From positions 18,290,001-18,354,000 of the forward strand of contig OX638160.1 of the NCBI GenBank assembly GCA_951804945.1: 64,000 nt of DNA. Reading direction: 5' to 3'. Source of the DNA: Podarcis cretensis. Its lineage: Eukaryota. A program made the translations under genes and the position numbers. Below the pieces are notes generated by a model, which had not been told where the DNA came from, made no database searches, and saw only the letters and a list, made by a program, of their open reading frames with translations. Of the stretch, positions 1 to 13,884 are shown piece after piece. Each line of letters starts with the position of its first letter. Within the stretch, counting starts at the first letter, position 1.

Positions 1-1212
1 TGCTCAGTTCTCAGGAGTGGGATGCCAAGGGGGGGAAATTGTGTTTCTAATTAGTTTCAGGTCCCTTCTGTATTCCATCCAGAAGAGTCAATCACTTAGT
101 TGACACTTACTCAAGGACAATGCAGAACTCAGTTCTGGAGAATAATAATAGCATATTGAGAGGCTGCTTTCCAGAGTTGGTTATCACCCTGTTTCATACA
201 GAACAGCACAGGAAAACACTCAGGTGGGTTATTAATTTATTAATTAATTAAATTTGTATACTGCTCTTCATCCCAAGATCCCAGGACAGAGAAATGCAAA
301 ACGAGAAGTAGCAGTTCTTTTAATATACTTGAACTGAACACAGTATGCTCTTGCTTTAATTGTTGGCCAAGATAAAGGTGAAAAGACCAGTTAATGGTCA
401 CTTCACTGGAGGCCCATTAGACATGTGACTGCATGTGCAAAGCTTTTCGTGCTGCCTGGGGAGAAGAAAAATGAATTGGACCAATTTTTAAAAGCTGTTG
501 TCCTGCAGTTTCTTGGAGCCCTAATTAAATATTGTTTGTATGGATTGTGCAGACTGTGGGTGAGTTCCCACCCCCTGTTGAAATAAATTTCTTTATAGGG
601 ATGGTAATATAAAGAGTCTGGTCATATCAACTTGAACCAGAAGGAGAGAAAAACATCTCTGTATGGAGATGCTCATTGATAAACTGGACTGTGTAGCCTA
701 ATTTTCAGTCTCATTGGTGCTCTGTTGCATCCCACTTTGTGTGCAGATTTGTTTTCTTAAGAATGCATGAAGAGTCTGCATGTCAATTGTATACAACTTG
801 TTTGTGCTTTTTATGAAAAATGAATACTTACCAATGCATTCATTGGTTGCATACTTGTGCTCCAGTCTACAAGCATAGGATTGCACTGGTTTACTGTTAA
901 AGGTAGACCTAATGAATTCGTTCTCCATCTCTATAGAAAACACGTGGAATCTGCAAGCTGCACATTCCTAGTCTTGTGCTACTGCAGGAGGAGGGACAGG
1001 AAAGGCTGGTCAGTTGCAGAATGAAGTACCATTTTCACTGCTGTCTCCAGGGCAAAAGTTAGACTGGTGGAGATCTATAGCTGTGGTGCTTGTAGTTGCA
1101 GGCTGGCTAGTTCTTAACAGCTTGCCCAGAAATGGGAAATTCCATGATACCATACCTGATCTGAATTGAACTATGTGTTATTGCAGTTGCTTTTCTTTTT
1201 TAATATGACAGG

Positions 1213-1350
1213 AGTAGCCAGGGTAGTGCCCTCTATGTTGGATATTGTCCGATGATAACTCATTATCCCTGGCCATTGGCCATGCTAGCTGTGGCTATTT
1301 GGAGTTGGGACTCCAATAAGATCTGGAGGGCACCATGTTTGCTACCCTTG
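1213..1350. mobile_element. ~140-bp palindromic hAT-type MITE (degenerate copy)
   Basis: gccctc…ggccattggccatgc…ggagttgg…atctggagggcacc. The same hairpin family recurs at about 21357, 21930, 26140, 33258, 34405, 42390, 47426, 47588, 49510 and 55398. Confidence 0.7.
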
Positions 1351-1904
1351 TAATACACCCATGGACTTGTCTGCCTTTCATTTATTATCCCAGCCAGGAT
1401 AGGCCTTGTTGCAGTTACTGTAAAATGTTTGGAAATGCAACACTGTGAGCTTTTGAAACACAGCACCAAAAATACTGCCGCTTACCTTTTTAAGTTTCCC
1501 ACTGAAGCCTTTTCTCCGAACCTGTTGCCCTGATGGATGCAGTGCAGCTGCTTGCTTTAGTGTTTGGAACAGGCAACACAAGTGGCCTTTGCAAGCAGAA
1601 GAATCTGGTAAATACCCTTCAGCAACATGATAGCCATTGTTTGTGTTGTGTCTCCTTTGTCATCTTAAGAAGCCTTCTTAAGGCTACTTTGCATTCAAGA
1701 TGATTTTTTGTGCTTTGGGGAAAGGCTTTGTGTATAGTAAATTAAGGAAGGATATGCACTTGGAAGCAAGGCTTGTAGTGATCAAAGGGTCTGCTTCACT
1801 ACTATATTTTGGAATTTCTTATAATGCTTTCCCTTTGATATCATTTCAAGGCTCATTTTTGGAGCTGGTACCCACAACTCTTGGCCATTAATCATTGAAC
1901 AAGC

Positions 1905-2357
1905 ATATAAGATTGTGCATGGTGTGGAGAAAATGTATAAAGAAAGGTTTCTCTCTCTCTCTCTCCAATAATACTAATACTCAGGGGCATCCAGTGAAGC
2001 TGAATGCTGGAAGATTCAAGGTGGACAAAAGAAAGTAGTTTTTCACACAAGACATAGATATCCCACAAGATATCGAGATGGCCACCATGGAAGGCTTTAA
2101 AAGAGCATTGGACAATTTTGTGAAGGATAAGACTTAGTATAGCTACCAGGCACAGAGCCTATGTTCTACCTCCATTGTCAGAAGCAGTAAGTCTCTGAAT
2201 ACCAGTTGCTTGGAGACACAGGTGGGGAGAGTGGTAGTGTGTTCAGGTTGTACTTTCAGGCTTCCCATGGGCATCTGGTTGGTCATTGTGTGAATCACAT
2301 GCTGGACTAGGTGGGCCTTTGATCTGATCCAGCAAGGCCTTTCTTTATGTACATTCA
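1905..2357 (+). mobile_element. CR1 LINE 3' fragment (end of ORF2 + 3'UTR)
   Basis: tataagattgtgcatggtgtggagaaa…ggggcatccagtgaagctgaatg…ggactaggtgggcctttgatctgatccagcaagg, a typical squamate CR1 3' end. Related fragments lie at 28720, 44653, 47681 and 54285. Confidence 0.85.
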
Positions 2358-3067
2358 ACCATCTAGGGACTCATTACTCATGCAGTGTTGCATCTTTGCT
2401 TCCCACCAATGCCCTATTCTGTCCCCCACCCCGTTTATTGGGAAACAGCATGGGTTGTATCTCTTAATCTGGAAAGATATTTTCACCCTATAATGGTTGA
2501 GTCCCCTCACCCATGATCCAGTTTTTCAAAGAGTTATCTCTACTTCAATTAGTTTCTCACTTTGACAGGCTGCTGCACTCCAGTTTGCTTCAGCTGTTAT
2601 CACTCTGGTTTTCTTTTCCTTCCCCAGTTTCAGCCTCCCAAGTAAATAAGACCTAAATGAAAATTATCTCATTTGAAAGTTAAGCTTGTTCAAGAATGCT
2701 GTTCCTGCTTTCCTTTTGTTCTGTGGCCTCCTTTTATTTCCTTTTTCCATTGTGCTTTAAGTGTGCATTCTTAATCTTAAATGGTTTCACAGGTAATCTC
2801 AGTAGATTTTGTCAAAAGTCCCCATTGGCTTGAAGAAGACAGACTGAGGGCTAGGACACATCATATGGTTGCTGCATTGCAACAGCTCTCAGTGACTTTC
2901 CTGTGCCAGCAGTTTCTACGCAAGAGGCTGGTAACAGTTCTGCACCCAAACCATGTGACACCCCAAACCACGAGCTGCCTATCAGCCAAGGCTCTAGCTG
3001 CCTACTAGAAATGGGGTTGCCAAGTTCCTGGCAGGCTATGTTACATGCATACATTTGTCTTGGTGGA

Positions 3068-3197
3068 CCACCTATGAGGTAGGTAGGTTAGCATGACTGA
3101 CTCAAGATCACCCAGTGAACTTCATGGCTGAGTCGGGATTTGAATCCTAGTCTCCCAGGTCATAGACCAATACTCTAACCACTACACCACGCTGACA
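3068..3197 (-). mobile_element. tRNA-derived MIR/CORE-like SINE fragment
   Basis: The minus strand reads gtggtgtagtggttagag…ggattcaaatccc (pol III A and B boxes) followed by gccatgaagttcactgggtga. Confidence 0.75.
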
Positions 3198-4678
3198 CTG
3201 TTCTCCTAAATACGACTTAGATGAAACATTGGGCACATCTCTGCAATTAATTGTTAACAATACATGCACCATATTCTTTTGCCTGTTAGTCTTCCTTAAA
3301 AAAAGAAAATAGCTGCATCTTTCTGACACACGAAAAAAATATGTACCGGTACCTTTGTTAAATATATTATTTTGGACATTTAGGCATCATCCCACTAAAT
3401 CCCACAACCAACTCTACTATCAGTTTTCTGCCCACCTGCTTGATTATTTTAAGATAATTGTATGCCACCATGCTGAATAAAAATTTGTCCCTAGTGGCTT
3501 CAAAATTAAAACAAGAGTAGATAAACTGCAACAGTATAAAATAGCACACCCAACCAAAATTAAATAACAAGATCTTTAAGACATATAGAATATAATCAGC
3601 AATAGAAGATCCCTACAGCTGAACATCACTGTCAAGCATCATTGACTACAACCAGCTGAGCCTCTGTTAGGATGATAACAAGTGGTAAATACTCGATGCC
3701 TCATGGAAAACACCTTTTAGCATTTGATTTGTCTTTACATTGTTACAAGCTGTAGTCTAGACAGTTTGAGCATTCTGGCCTGATGTATATTTAACAGCCT
3801 TATTCCTCCAAAGTGTCTTGTAAATGCAAAGGTTTTCTGTAAATAGTGTTGTGTCATTCTTTCCACAGCTCATATGTTCCGTAATTGGGATCTGAAACCA
3901 TTGTCTCCTCTGCCTTGCCCATGCTTTGAAGTGCAACTCGCTTCTTTAATTTCAAGCAGTACTTGCTTTTGCATCAATGTGCTAGCACATTATTTGTCAT
4001 TTCTAGAAGAGTTCTTGATCTAAAGACCTTACATCAGTCAGGAGCTTTTTCACTCCACTTTGTCAGATGTCACATTAATGCAGGAGTCACCAAAGCGCAC
4101 CTGCAAAGGCCCTTCCTGGTGCCCATAGCACTCTCCCCATCAAGCTTGAAAGAGCAAGTCTATTGTAGCCAATAGAACAGGTGGCATGTGCTTGGTTATG
4201 GATGACCACAACAGGTTGGTTTTCCCCCAGTGTGCAAATGTGCCAAAGAGCCCCAAAAGATTGGCGACCCTGTCATTAAGGCTGCAATCCTGTGTACAAC
4301 CAAGGGAACAAATCCTCTTAACCAGTTATTACATACTTCTGAGTAAATAACCATAGGATTGGGTCACATGAGGTTTTTTGGTTAAGTGTGTGTGCCTCAC
4401 ATTTATGATATCTAGCTTTTTATTATGTTGGGTTTGGTTTGTTTGTTTTTTTGTGATATCTAAGCATTTCTTTTCCCCTAAAGGATGTATAAATGTTTTA
4501 CTGAAACTGTATCCCTTTACATTTTACTTTCTAATGCAATGCAATAAAATTATTGCATTCTTTGGATAAACAGTAGCAAGGGGTTTGAAATAAACCTTGA
4601 ATTTTGACTGCATGTGTAGTGGTAGCTTATCTCTAATTGTGCCCATAAAAAATCTTGCCAAGTCAGATGTACTAGGTA

Positions 4679-4680
<2 letters not shown>

Positions 4681-4736
<56 letters not shown>
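4681..4736. repeat. Compound microsatellite (TG)12(AG)16
   Basis: Directly visible. Confidence 0.97.
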
Positions 4737-4740
<4 letters not shown>

Positions 4741-7011
4741 ATTATTCTGAAAGATGGTCAATAAAGGCAGCTTTGCACCTCAATTAGTGTATCGACCAGC
4801 AAGCTATTTAAGGGCTAAAACATGGGACAAACCCTTTCCCCTCTCTCATTTTCCCCTCAGCAATTCCAAGGCATGTGATTCTGCAGTTTTCCTTTTCATT
4901 TCCTCTGAAGACCTGCCTTTTAACAGTCTGGTTCAAGACTCCCTGGTGTGTGTTAACATTCAGATAGGATAACACCTTGCAGGGTGAGATGCTGCTGAGT
5001 TTGCAGCCTTGAAAGAGATTTTGCTCTTTCAGTATCCAGGAAAAGTTGGGAGGTTTACCTATAGAGAACAACTTGCTCTCTTGGGCTATATAGAGTGCTC
5101 CCCTATGGGTGGGCCATGAAGTTAGTAAGGTGATACAGGAAGGACTCTGCCCATGTGGAACTTGTTTTAGGTTGATCGGTAGATCTTTTGAGCCTTTGGG
5201 GCACAGACTGCCTTATATTCTGTGTCTGCACAGCCTCCTAAGTAATGCAAATAATTACAATAATTAAATGCTAATGTGCACTGGTGTCTTTTGATCCTTT
5301 AGTTTTTCAGTTGCCAAAGAAAAGGCTTCGATCTTGTTCAGGCTTATGCTTAGCTTAGTTGCAAAATATGAATATGGTTATCTCGTTCTCTCTTGGAACC
5401 TGATTTCAGCCAGTGCTGATATGTGTAGAGGCCCATTTTAAAGTCATTGTGGGCCCTGCTGCAGAACTGGATTGGCACAAGTCAAGGGCCTGCTGGGGAA
5501 CTGAACTGCAGATCCCAAGCCGAGAAGCTGTAAGGAGCTGTGAACACATAGGGAAGGATGGATGGAATATTGTGGTATGTGCTCTAATGGAATCAAATTG
5601 TTAGCCTGGTTGATGCAGGATTCAATATGGGGATCAGAAACTTGAAATCTCAGGAAATTTCTAGGTCCCCCCAAAGTACCATTTTTTAAATAAAAAACCC
5701 CTCAAATGATGAAAGGTCACTTTTCTGTTCTTGAGATCGCACACCATGTTGATCAGCTGATCAACATATTAGCCATCAAGCAACATGGCTATCAAGCAAC
5801 ATGATCAAGCAACTCTTATGTATATGCACTTTTATGCTAGCAAATGAGGGAGGTGGCATAATTACATGCTGTTTGTTGTGCCCTGGTATACGGTGGCAGA
5901 TGTTCAAAATAGGGAAGGCCTGCTCCCTGTGCAGAAATGCTGTGCAGAAATGCTGTGCCCTGCATGACTTAGCTGTAGTTTGATAGTTGGGCAGGCATGA
6001 CTATTTATGACATGTTAAATCCATGATGTAGAAAACCACACCTTGATGGTTGTGATTTTGCTTCCCAAATGACAAAATTCATCATTTTTTTTCAAGTTGG
6101 ATGCCAGTTCCTCATTCTTACTCCACTACTGCTTTTAGGAGTCCCCTAGACTCATTATATGTGTGAGTTAAATAGAAATGGAATACCATTTATCCCGTCA
6201 ATTTATTGTGACTACAGCTATTCCAAACAGCTTTTGATTCTTTCCACGTGTGTGGCAGTATTAAGGACCCCAAATGCTAAATTTTGAAGATGTCTAAAGT
6301 GGGCCCAGTTGATGTCATCACAAAGGCCCGGGGAATTCCAAAAGGAATGTCAGTTTCTTTTCTGAAAGAACCCAGAGGGTGCCTCTTGTTAGGTGCCGGC
6401 ATCCTTCTCTTGTATGAAAGCCAGCTGTGTTTCACTTGCTGTCTTAACAGCTGCTCAGGCTTCCAGTCTCTATGTGGCTTCTATTGGAGAAGGGGGCGGG
6501 TGGGGAGAGGCAAGCTACTGCTGCTGAGAAGCGCTTGTCCCTCTCCACTGTTGCAATGAAAGCTCATTTTTTAAAGGAGAGTGATTCCTTGTTTGGTTTT
6601 TGGCACTAAAGACAGCGTTTCATAGTACTCTTGAGATGCCAGTTGATGACACTGAATCTGTGAACCGACGCTTGCAATCTGCTTGTGTGGCATTACTTCT
6701 GCCTGTGCTAGCTGATACATTTACTTGGGAACTATTCATTGCTTCTTAGGTATCAACAATCTCAGTGGTGACTTCCAGTTGTGTGTGGTGAATAACTCTT
6801 CTAAATAAGAATAACTGAAACTGGCTGCTTATTGTTTATATCTGAGCTCTTTGTTGCTTGGTTTATGATCAAACAACTTGCAGCCTGTCATCTTTAAATG
6901 CTAATTAGCTGCTTGTGGCATACAGTTTTATGTAGCAGCCCCCACTCCTGCAAACATGCTGCCCTTCATATGTTTTGGACTGCATGCTGCCGTCTTATGC
7001 AAGCATGAAAA

Positions 7012-7156
7012 GCTGGGATAGCTCAGTCAGTAAAGCATGAGACACTCAATCTCAGGATCATGGATTCAAGCCCCACATTGTGCAAACGATTCCTGCATTG
7101 CAAGGGTTCGACTACATGATCCTCATGGTCCATTCCAACTCTACAGTTATATGATT
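7012..7156 (+). mobile_element. tRNA-Lys-derived SINE with CR1-type tail (resembles lacertid POM/P.s.1-type SINEs)
   Basis: The head gctgggatagctcagtcagtaaagcatgagacactcaatctcagg…ttcaagccccacattg aligns to tRNA-Lys(CUU). The tail gggttcgactacatgatcctcatggtccattccaactctacagttatatgatt is CR1-like. It interrupts a hairpin MITE (about 6940-7235). Confidence 0.8.
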
Positions 7157-7271
7157 ACAATTCCCATCAGCTTCAGCTAGCATGGCTGTGTTGTCCAAAA
7201 CACATGGAGAGCACCAAATTGGAGATGGGTTGACTGAAGTCTGCTTTTATGGGATCATAGAATTGTAAAGT

Positions 7272-7413
7272 NNNNNNNNNNNNNNNNNNNNNNNNNNNNN
7301 NNNNNNNNNNNNNNNNNNNNNNNNNNNNNNNNNNNNNNNNNNNNNNNNNNNNNNNNNNNNNNNNNNNNNNNNNNNNNNNNNNNNNNNNNNNNNNNNNNNN
7401 NNNNNNNNNNNNN
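7272..7413. other. Assembly gap (142 N)
   Basis: Run of N between an antisense CR1/SINE-type tail and an antisense L2 3' end. Confidence 0.99.
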
Positions 7414-7598
7414 GCCCATCTGGCTGTGCTTCCCCAGCCACTCTGGGCGGCTTCCAAAAAAAATATTAAAATACTCTAATACATTAAAAGCTTCCCTGAA
7501 CAGGGCTGACTTCAGATGTCTTCTAAAAGTCTGGTAGTAGTTGTTCTCTTTGACATCTGGTGGGAGGGCATTCCACAGGGAGGGCGCCACTACCGAGA
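7414..7598 (-). mobile_element. L2 LINE 3' end fragment
   Basis: Encodes FSVVAPSLWNALPPDVKENNYYQTFRRHLKSALFREAF and is near-identical to the L2 3' end at 53100-53290. Confidence 0.92.
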
Positions 7599-10500
7599 AA
7601 ATAGTGGTTTCTACATATGTTTTCCAAACATAACATCCCATTTTAAACAACATAACAAACCTTTGGTTATCACAACCTAGGGCTTCCATCAACATCGACT
7701 GGTGGTTTTCTAACTTCCTTTCTAATTTTGCATTTTATTATTATAGTTATTGCTATTAAATCCAAATCCTAAATAAACTCCTCCTTAGTCTTCTAAGGAG
7801 AACTATATGAACTATTGTGAAAGAGGACTAGGAAGGGACTTTAGTCTGACTCCCATGCAATGCAGGAATCCTCCCCACAGCTGTCTCTGTGGCTGAACCA
7901 CCAACCTTCTCAGTAACAGCCAGATGCATTAACTCATTGCTTTATCAGGGAACTAAGCAGGACCTAGTCTATGAAAGTCTTATACCAGAATCAATAATTT
8001 GGGAGAAAGTCTAAATTTGGATGGGAACGGAATATAAGGATGATTTCAAGGCTCACCCAGTGCCCTGCTGGGCTTGCATTATCTATTTTGCAGGAAGGTA
8101 TGGGGGTTTGGTGGGGGAGTGAAATTGTTTTGGATCCAAACTGCTACACCTTTTTTGGCATTATTGACTAGGGAGTTTTGTTGTCTGTTGGATCAGTGCA
8201 TTGAGATTTCTGTTGTGCTCTGTGTTTGTGTTGGCAGGGGGCTTGGGGAGGAATCTGACAGCAGATTTCCCCTCCAGCATCTGAGAGGGTGGTCTGATAT
8301 ATCTGGGGTACCCTCCCAGAGACTGAAGGATTACATCCTTAGATATTCTTTTTTAAAGTGCAAGGGGACTAATAGATTTTGTTGCATCAGTCTAGCATGT
8401 TCACTGCTCTGAACTGTAATGTAAGACACTTGTACATCCTATTGCTTTTCCATTCATTTAGCAATTTTGATTTGTAAACTGTATCTGCAACCAATTTCAC
8501 AGCATCCTTTTGAGAGAGGCACTGTTGCTCCCATTTTACTGAAGGGGATACAAGGCTAAGCCTGGTACAGAAGTTAACTCTGGATATCCCAGATTGCATT
8601 GAACATAAACTACAAACACTAGGATTTTTTTAAAAAGGTGATTGGAATTTTTTAGTCACTCATTTGGCCATTCATCATTTTAAAAACCTTTAAAATTCAA
8701 GTTGGTGGATACCTAATTGTAACACTTAACTCATGATCTCCAATTAAAGTTCCAGGTATAAGTGAAAGTAGTGTCTAAACCAAATTCAGTGGGAATGTAA
8801 AATAATAATATAATTTTTTTTTTTTGCTGCTACTGCTGAAAAAGAATAATAATGGAGCTGTAAATATTTTATTAATGCTGCAACACAGGCTAAAGGTGCA
8901 CAGATTTTATCTTTCCATATATCAGCACAGTGGATATACAAACTACAGGTGCTGTAGTGAAAAAGCTAGAAGGTGAAATAACGTAGTGGTCTCTGTAAAG
9001 ACTAGGGAGGTACAACAGTTCTGACAGAAACAGAAAGGGAAGTGGAAATTTCCAAAGTTCACTTATTTGTTCCAAGTTTGGAATGGAGAGCAGTCCAATG
9101 AATATGAGGGTTTTTTACTCGTATTATTGCTTTCAGTTTGCAAACAATACATAATTGATGGCACTCCTCTACTTAACATTGTGTTTTCTTTGCACTGAAA
9201 TAAATGATGTGGAGTAACATAATTAAGTATGTAAAATTCCACCACAGGGGACAGTGACATAAATAATATAGCTTTTGTCAGAAGCCAAACTGCCACGGTT
9301 TGGAAATAGCATTGCATGCAACAGACATGGGTTGGAACAGAAATTGGTGCATTCTTACACCCCTAGAAGAGACCCCTTTACCCAAACTGTGGGTAAAGAG
9401 CTATAGATACCCTTTCCCTCCTTCCAGTGAGAATTCCACAGGTCTACTCTTGAATAACGTGACTTTCAGCTTATGATTAGGTATCATTGGCACCCAAGCA
9501 TAGGTATCCCCTTCCTCAACTTTATTTATTGCCATTACTTTGTACAGCTGAATGCTCTCTAGGGTGACACACCCTATCGTCAAGCGGGAGTCGCTCACAC
9601 CAAGTTCCCTCCTGCTTGGGAACAAAGGTTTAATTGGGCATTTGCACACAGAGAGTATCGTCTGAGTCACTTAGACTGTATGCGTGTTGAGTGATTTATT
9701 AAAAAGTCATTTCTGGGGATTTTTTTAGTCTCAGTTACTGCATTGTGCGTTTTGGTCTCTGGACAGGGTTTCTTTTGCAGGGTGACTCACTTTCTCATGT
9801 TTAACTTTCTAGTGTATGCTGGATTTTAAAAGAAAATAAAACAACATCTCTAAAAGAATTCAGAATGTTAACTGTTTGCACTAGAGAAAGGACTGTGGAA
9901 TGATTTTCTGTCACTTACCTTTGTTTTTGCACTTCTAGCAAAGTACAGGTGATTAATTTTTTCAGCGATTGAATGGTAATATCAGTAAATATATTTACAC
10001 AGTACTAACAGTATCACACAAACATTTAAGAATTGGCAAAGGAGTAGCTGAGGCAAACTAAGACCACCCACTCAGTTCATGACACATGCAGTACTGTATT
10101 TGAACTTCCTGGTTTATAGCTGAGTCTAGTTATACTACACAAACCCTCAAATTAGAAAGCATAACTCAGAAACACATTAGTAAGAAGAGTTGGGCTTTTT
10201 GCTGCTTTAACACTTACTGAAAGGGAGCAATAGAGGAGAACTGGAGACTGAGCCGGTTCAGTTCATCCATCATGACTCTGCTCTACTGCGCTCATGCAAG
10301 TGACTTCCTTCCAGGGCGAGTGACTGACTCCCATGAGCAGTGCAATATTAGAAGAGATTGCTCATGGAAGATGCAAGAGGAATGCTTGTCAGCAAAGGAG
10401 TTCTGTGTCCCTAATGTGGTCGGTTCATCAAAGGCGCCATTTTACCTGCTAATGCATATTGTTCTCTGAGGTTGCATGGGAAGTAGGCTTCTCACATGAT

Positions 10501-11623
10501 GCACATTGAAGCTGATTCTTAGCATAGGAGCATATCCTAGACTTTATTGAATGGCCCCAGATATTCTGCTTTTCACCCAGATGTCAGCTCAGTGTGGTAA
10601 GACCTTGGTGCATGATCATTTATGACACTGAGCAGACAGGACAGAAAAGCTCAGGGGTGGAGGCCAAATGTGGACCTCGAATGCTAGGCCATGTCCATAT
10701 CAGCCTTGGGTCCTTTCCCTTGGCTGGAATGTGCTCTTATTGGTGTATGGAGAGTGGTGTGTGCAGGATGTGTATAGAAATACTTTTGCATTGCTGGAAT
10801 GCATCCTATTATATAAAAAGGCAAGAGTCACATCCATTGCTCCACCCACTTTCACCTCTGATCATACCCATTATTGTCATGTGGCCATGGATGGTTGCAT
10901 ATGCAGGAATGCAGCCCTCAGCAGAAAAAGATTTCCGACCACCCTCTTTTTTTGCTGGCTCCACTTCAGGTTCTGATTCAAGTCTCCAGTCCCAGCAATG
11001 ACTGGCAGGGTTGCAAAATCACCAGACTGATTCTGGCTCTTCTCTTAAGCCAAACCCATAATCCAACCCCTACCAGGACCTGACCTTGACTTTGATAGCC
11101 TTCCTTGGGAAGGCTGTATTAGTAAGAATCTTGTCCGAGGAGTTTAAGATTTTCATTGCATCCTTTCAGATCACATTTCCTGGCCACAAACTACATATGC
11201 AAGATATCTAATGAGTAGTTAAAAATAAAGACAGAGATCTACAACCCTTAGCATGAACCTTTCCATTAACATAACAGCCTAATGTCCTCAGGTCAATTTA
11301 AATCAATGTAACAACTTGCATGTCTAAAGTCTATTTGCTAAAAGGGTCTGCAAGATAGCCACAAAGGAAGCTCATAATACAGACCTAGTCACATTGGGAA
11401 ATGATGGATCAAATAACATTAAGATCTGGAAGAACGCTTCAATAATAAAGCTGTTTAGCATTTTTTTACCATGGAAATTATTAAAGTTGTTTGCTGGGTA
11501 TACACCATATGATTAAAGATATTACTCCTCCAAAGGAATCATGGGAAATGTGGTTTACCCATTCAATTTCCAGCACCCTTAACAAACTATAGCCTATCAG
11601 ATTCTTTGGGGAAAACGGGCTTT

Positions 11624-11627
<4 letters not shown>

Positions 11628-11666
<39 letters not shown>
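11628..11666. repeat. (GT)n microsatellite at the end of a Harbinger-like MITE (about 11490-11670)
   Basis: Directly visible. It is preceded by aaactatagcctatcagattctttgggg…gctttaaac. Confidence 0.9.
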
Positions 11667-11669
<3 letters not shown>

Positions 11670-12906
11670 AGCTTAGGGCTTCCAGGCTCCTTTGCATATG
11701 AGAGGAAGGCTTTTTCTATTTTGTCCTCAAACCACAGTCCCAATCTACTCTAGAATCCTGTTCTGAGGGCAAAATATAGCTGTCATCAAAACCCAGTTTG
11801 CTAAATTCAGATGACATGACAAACTTTAGTTTGCCCCTAAGTGGAAGCAGAATTTTCCCCACATGCACTAAGGAAAGACAGGAGGAGGCCAGCAGGGAGC
11901 ATCTGAGCCTGAGGGCATCTGCTTCTCCTTCTCATACCAAGAAACCATGGTTTGCCACTATGAGTTGAGTCTTAAAGAGTATTTATTTATTTTTATATTT
12001 TTTTAAGAAAAGAAGGGTCACAAGCTAAAACGAAAAGTTTTCTGGAGAAGTGGTATACTGGAACCAGAGTGAATAATGCCAGATCATGTTTTCACAGTGA
12101 GCTGTAGTCTTGGGAAAAAAAATACACAAAGTTCTGCTAGATTAGAGAATGATTTTAATGAAGCTGTTTGAAGTTGTTGTGTAAACACTCATTTTGGATT
12201 CAAGTGATTCAACCTGGGCTTGAAGTTGATTCCAAGAAGGCAATTATAATCTAAGACAGTTAGGCCCATATAAAGAAGTTCATATTCTGATTACCATTAC
12301 TAAATTAAGATGGGGGGCAAATGCAGTGGTTTCAGAATGAGTTCCAGATTGTCATTAGATGGCTGCTCTAGGCCAAGTATTTGCTCTTGTTTTGTCATTT
12401 GCAGACTACCTCCTCAGGGATGACAGTGGTATACAACATCATCTGATAAGGCTTGGGAGATGAGCCCTTTAGGGATTTATTTTAAAAATGCACAGTGCGC
12501 TCTCTCTCTCTCTCTCACACACACACATACACACTCTGTATTTTTGTAAACTGGGATGACCATATGAATATATACTGTACTTTCATCTTTAGGAATATAT
12601 TATGAAGCATATAGGGGGACAGGGTTCTTGGCATACATGTTGGGATGAAAATACTTTTTAATGCAGCAATTTTCATATCACAAACTACATGTCTCCTTAT
12701 GCAGAATAATCTATGCAAATCTTTAAAGGATTTCTTGGAGGCTATTTCCTGCTATTTGAAGGTCAGATTGAAAGGCCCTTCTTCAGGTCCTACTATTGTT
12801 AGAAGGTTGTGACCAGAATTAGTTTTGAAACTGTGTCTCCAGATCATTTTACCTGGCTGTTGTCTTTTCAGTGCCAGGTCATATCAACACTTTTTCATTC
12901 TCTAAA

Positions 12907-13096
12907 GCTGCGCACACACTACACACTGCACACTATACATTTGGAGCACATTCTTCCTCTCAAAGATTTATGGGCACTGTAGTTTAATCTTTATAGATTT
13001 ACAATTCCCAGCAACCCTGAAACTGCAATATGCAGAATTCTTTGAGGGGGAAATCGTGCTTCAAATGTGCTTTGAAGGTATAGTGTGTACACAGCC
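12907..13096. mobile_element. Palindromic PIF/Harbinger-like MITE
   Basis: gctgcgcacacactacac…caaagatttatgggcactgtagttt / aaactgcaatatgcagaattctttg…tatagtgtgtacacagcc are inverted arms. Partial copies lie at about 11490, 13797, 38265, 41170 and 60165. The superfamily is inferred from the terminus type. Confidence 0.6.
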
Positions 13097-13884
13097 ATTG
13101 TTTGCTTTAGGAAAGACAATCAAGAGTTTTGTGGTACCTTTAATACCATCACACTTATTATGGCTCAAGCTTTTGTGGTTCACTTTGTGAGATGAATGAA
13201 GTGTTAATCCCAAGTTTCAGGCATACATGTCTTGTGGAGAGAGTGGAATCCAAAGGAGGTTCAGCTGGATAGTTTGCTAGTGGTCTTCATGAAAACAATG
13301 AAAACTTCTTTTCTTGAGGCTTTTATAATGTGACAGATGGCTGATTGTACTTCATTGATGCTGTCAGCCAACTTGTGGCTGCTCATCTGCTGATCTGATT
13401 TTTTTTTAACTGTTTGATTGTTTCTCATGTTTTATTAGGTGTTGAGTGGGTCACTGGTTAGTGGTAAATTTTAATAGAAATGAAAAAAACCAAAGCAGGT
13501 ACGCAAACTTGTCATGGGAATCAGCCTCCACATTGCATTGGGAAAAGAGAGTTCCTTGTATCTCCCAGCTGTGGTAATGGCCTTTGAACAGATCTATTGT
13601 CATTCCTTATGAGTGTGAGGAGACAGAACATTTCTGCCTTGTGATGTGCAGGGGGAGGGCAATCCTGTTCAGCCACAGGAAAACCTTTCAGGAACCACAT
13701 GCCGGAGGGTGATGGCAAACATGACTAAAGCAACCAATGCAACTCTCTCCTTTTGTACAATTAGCCACCTTCCAGCCACACAAAAGAAGTTCATAGGCTA
13801 TGCTTATTCCACACATTTAAAGTGCATGACTTCCCCCAAAGAATCCTGGTGTTAGAAAGTGGAATAGTTAGAAACCAGAATAGG

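Noticed and set aside
7012-7085. Possible tRNA-Lys gene
   Set aside because: The anticodon loop and stems are mutated, and it is fused to a CR1-type tail, so it is a SINE head.
7173-7695. ORFs spanning the X-run
   Set aside because: Artefacts of the N gap plus L2 sequence.
10594-11083. Three overlapping 69-135-aa ORFs
   Set aside because: No recognisable homology or splice-bounded exon; consistent with chance or old repeat sequence.
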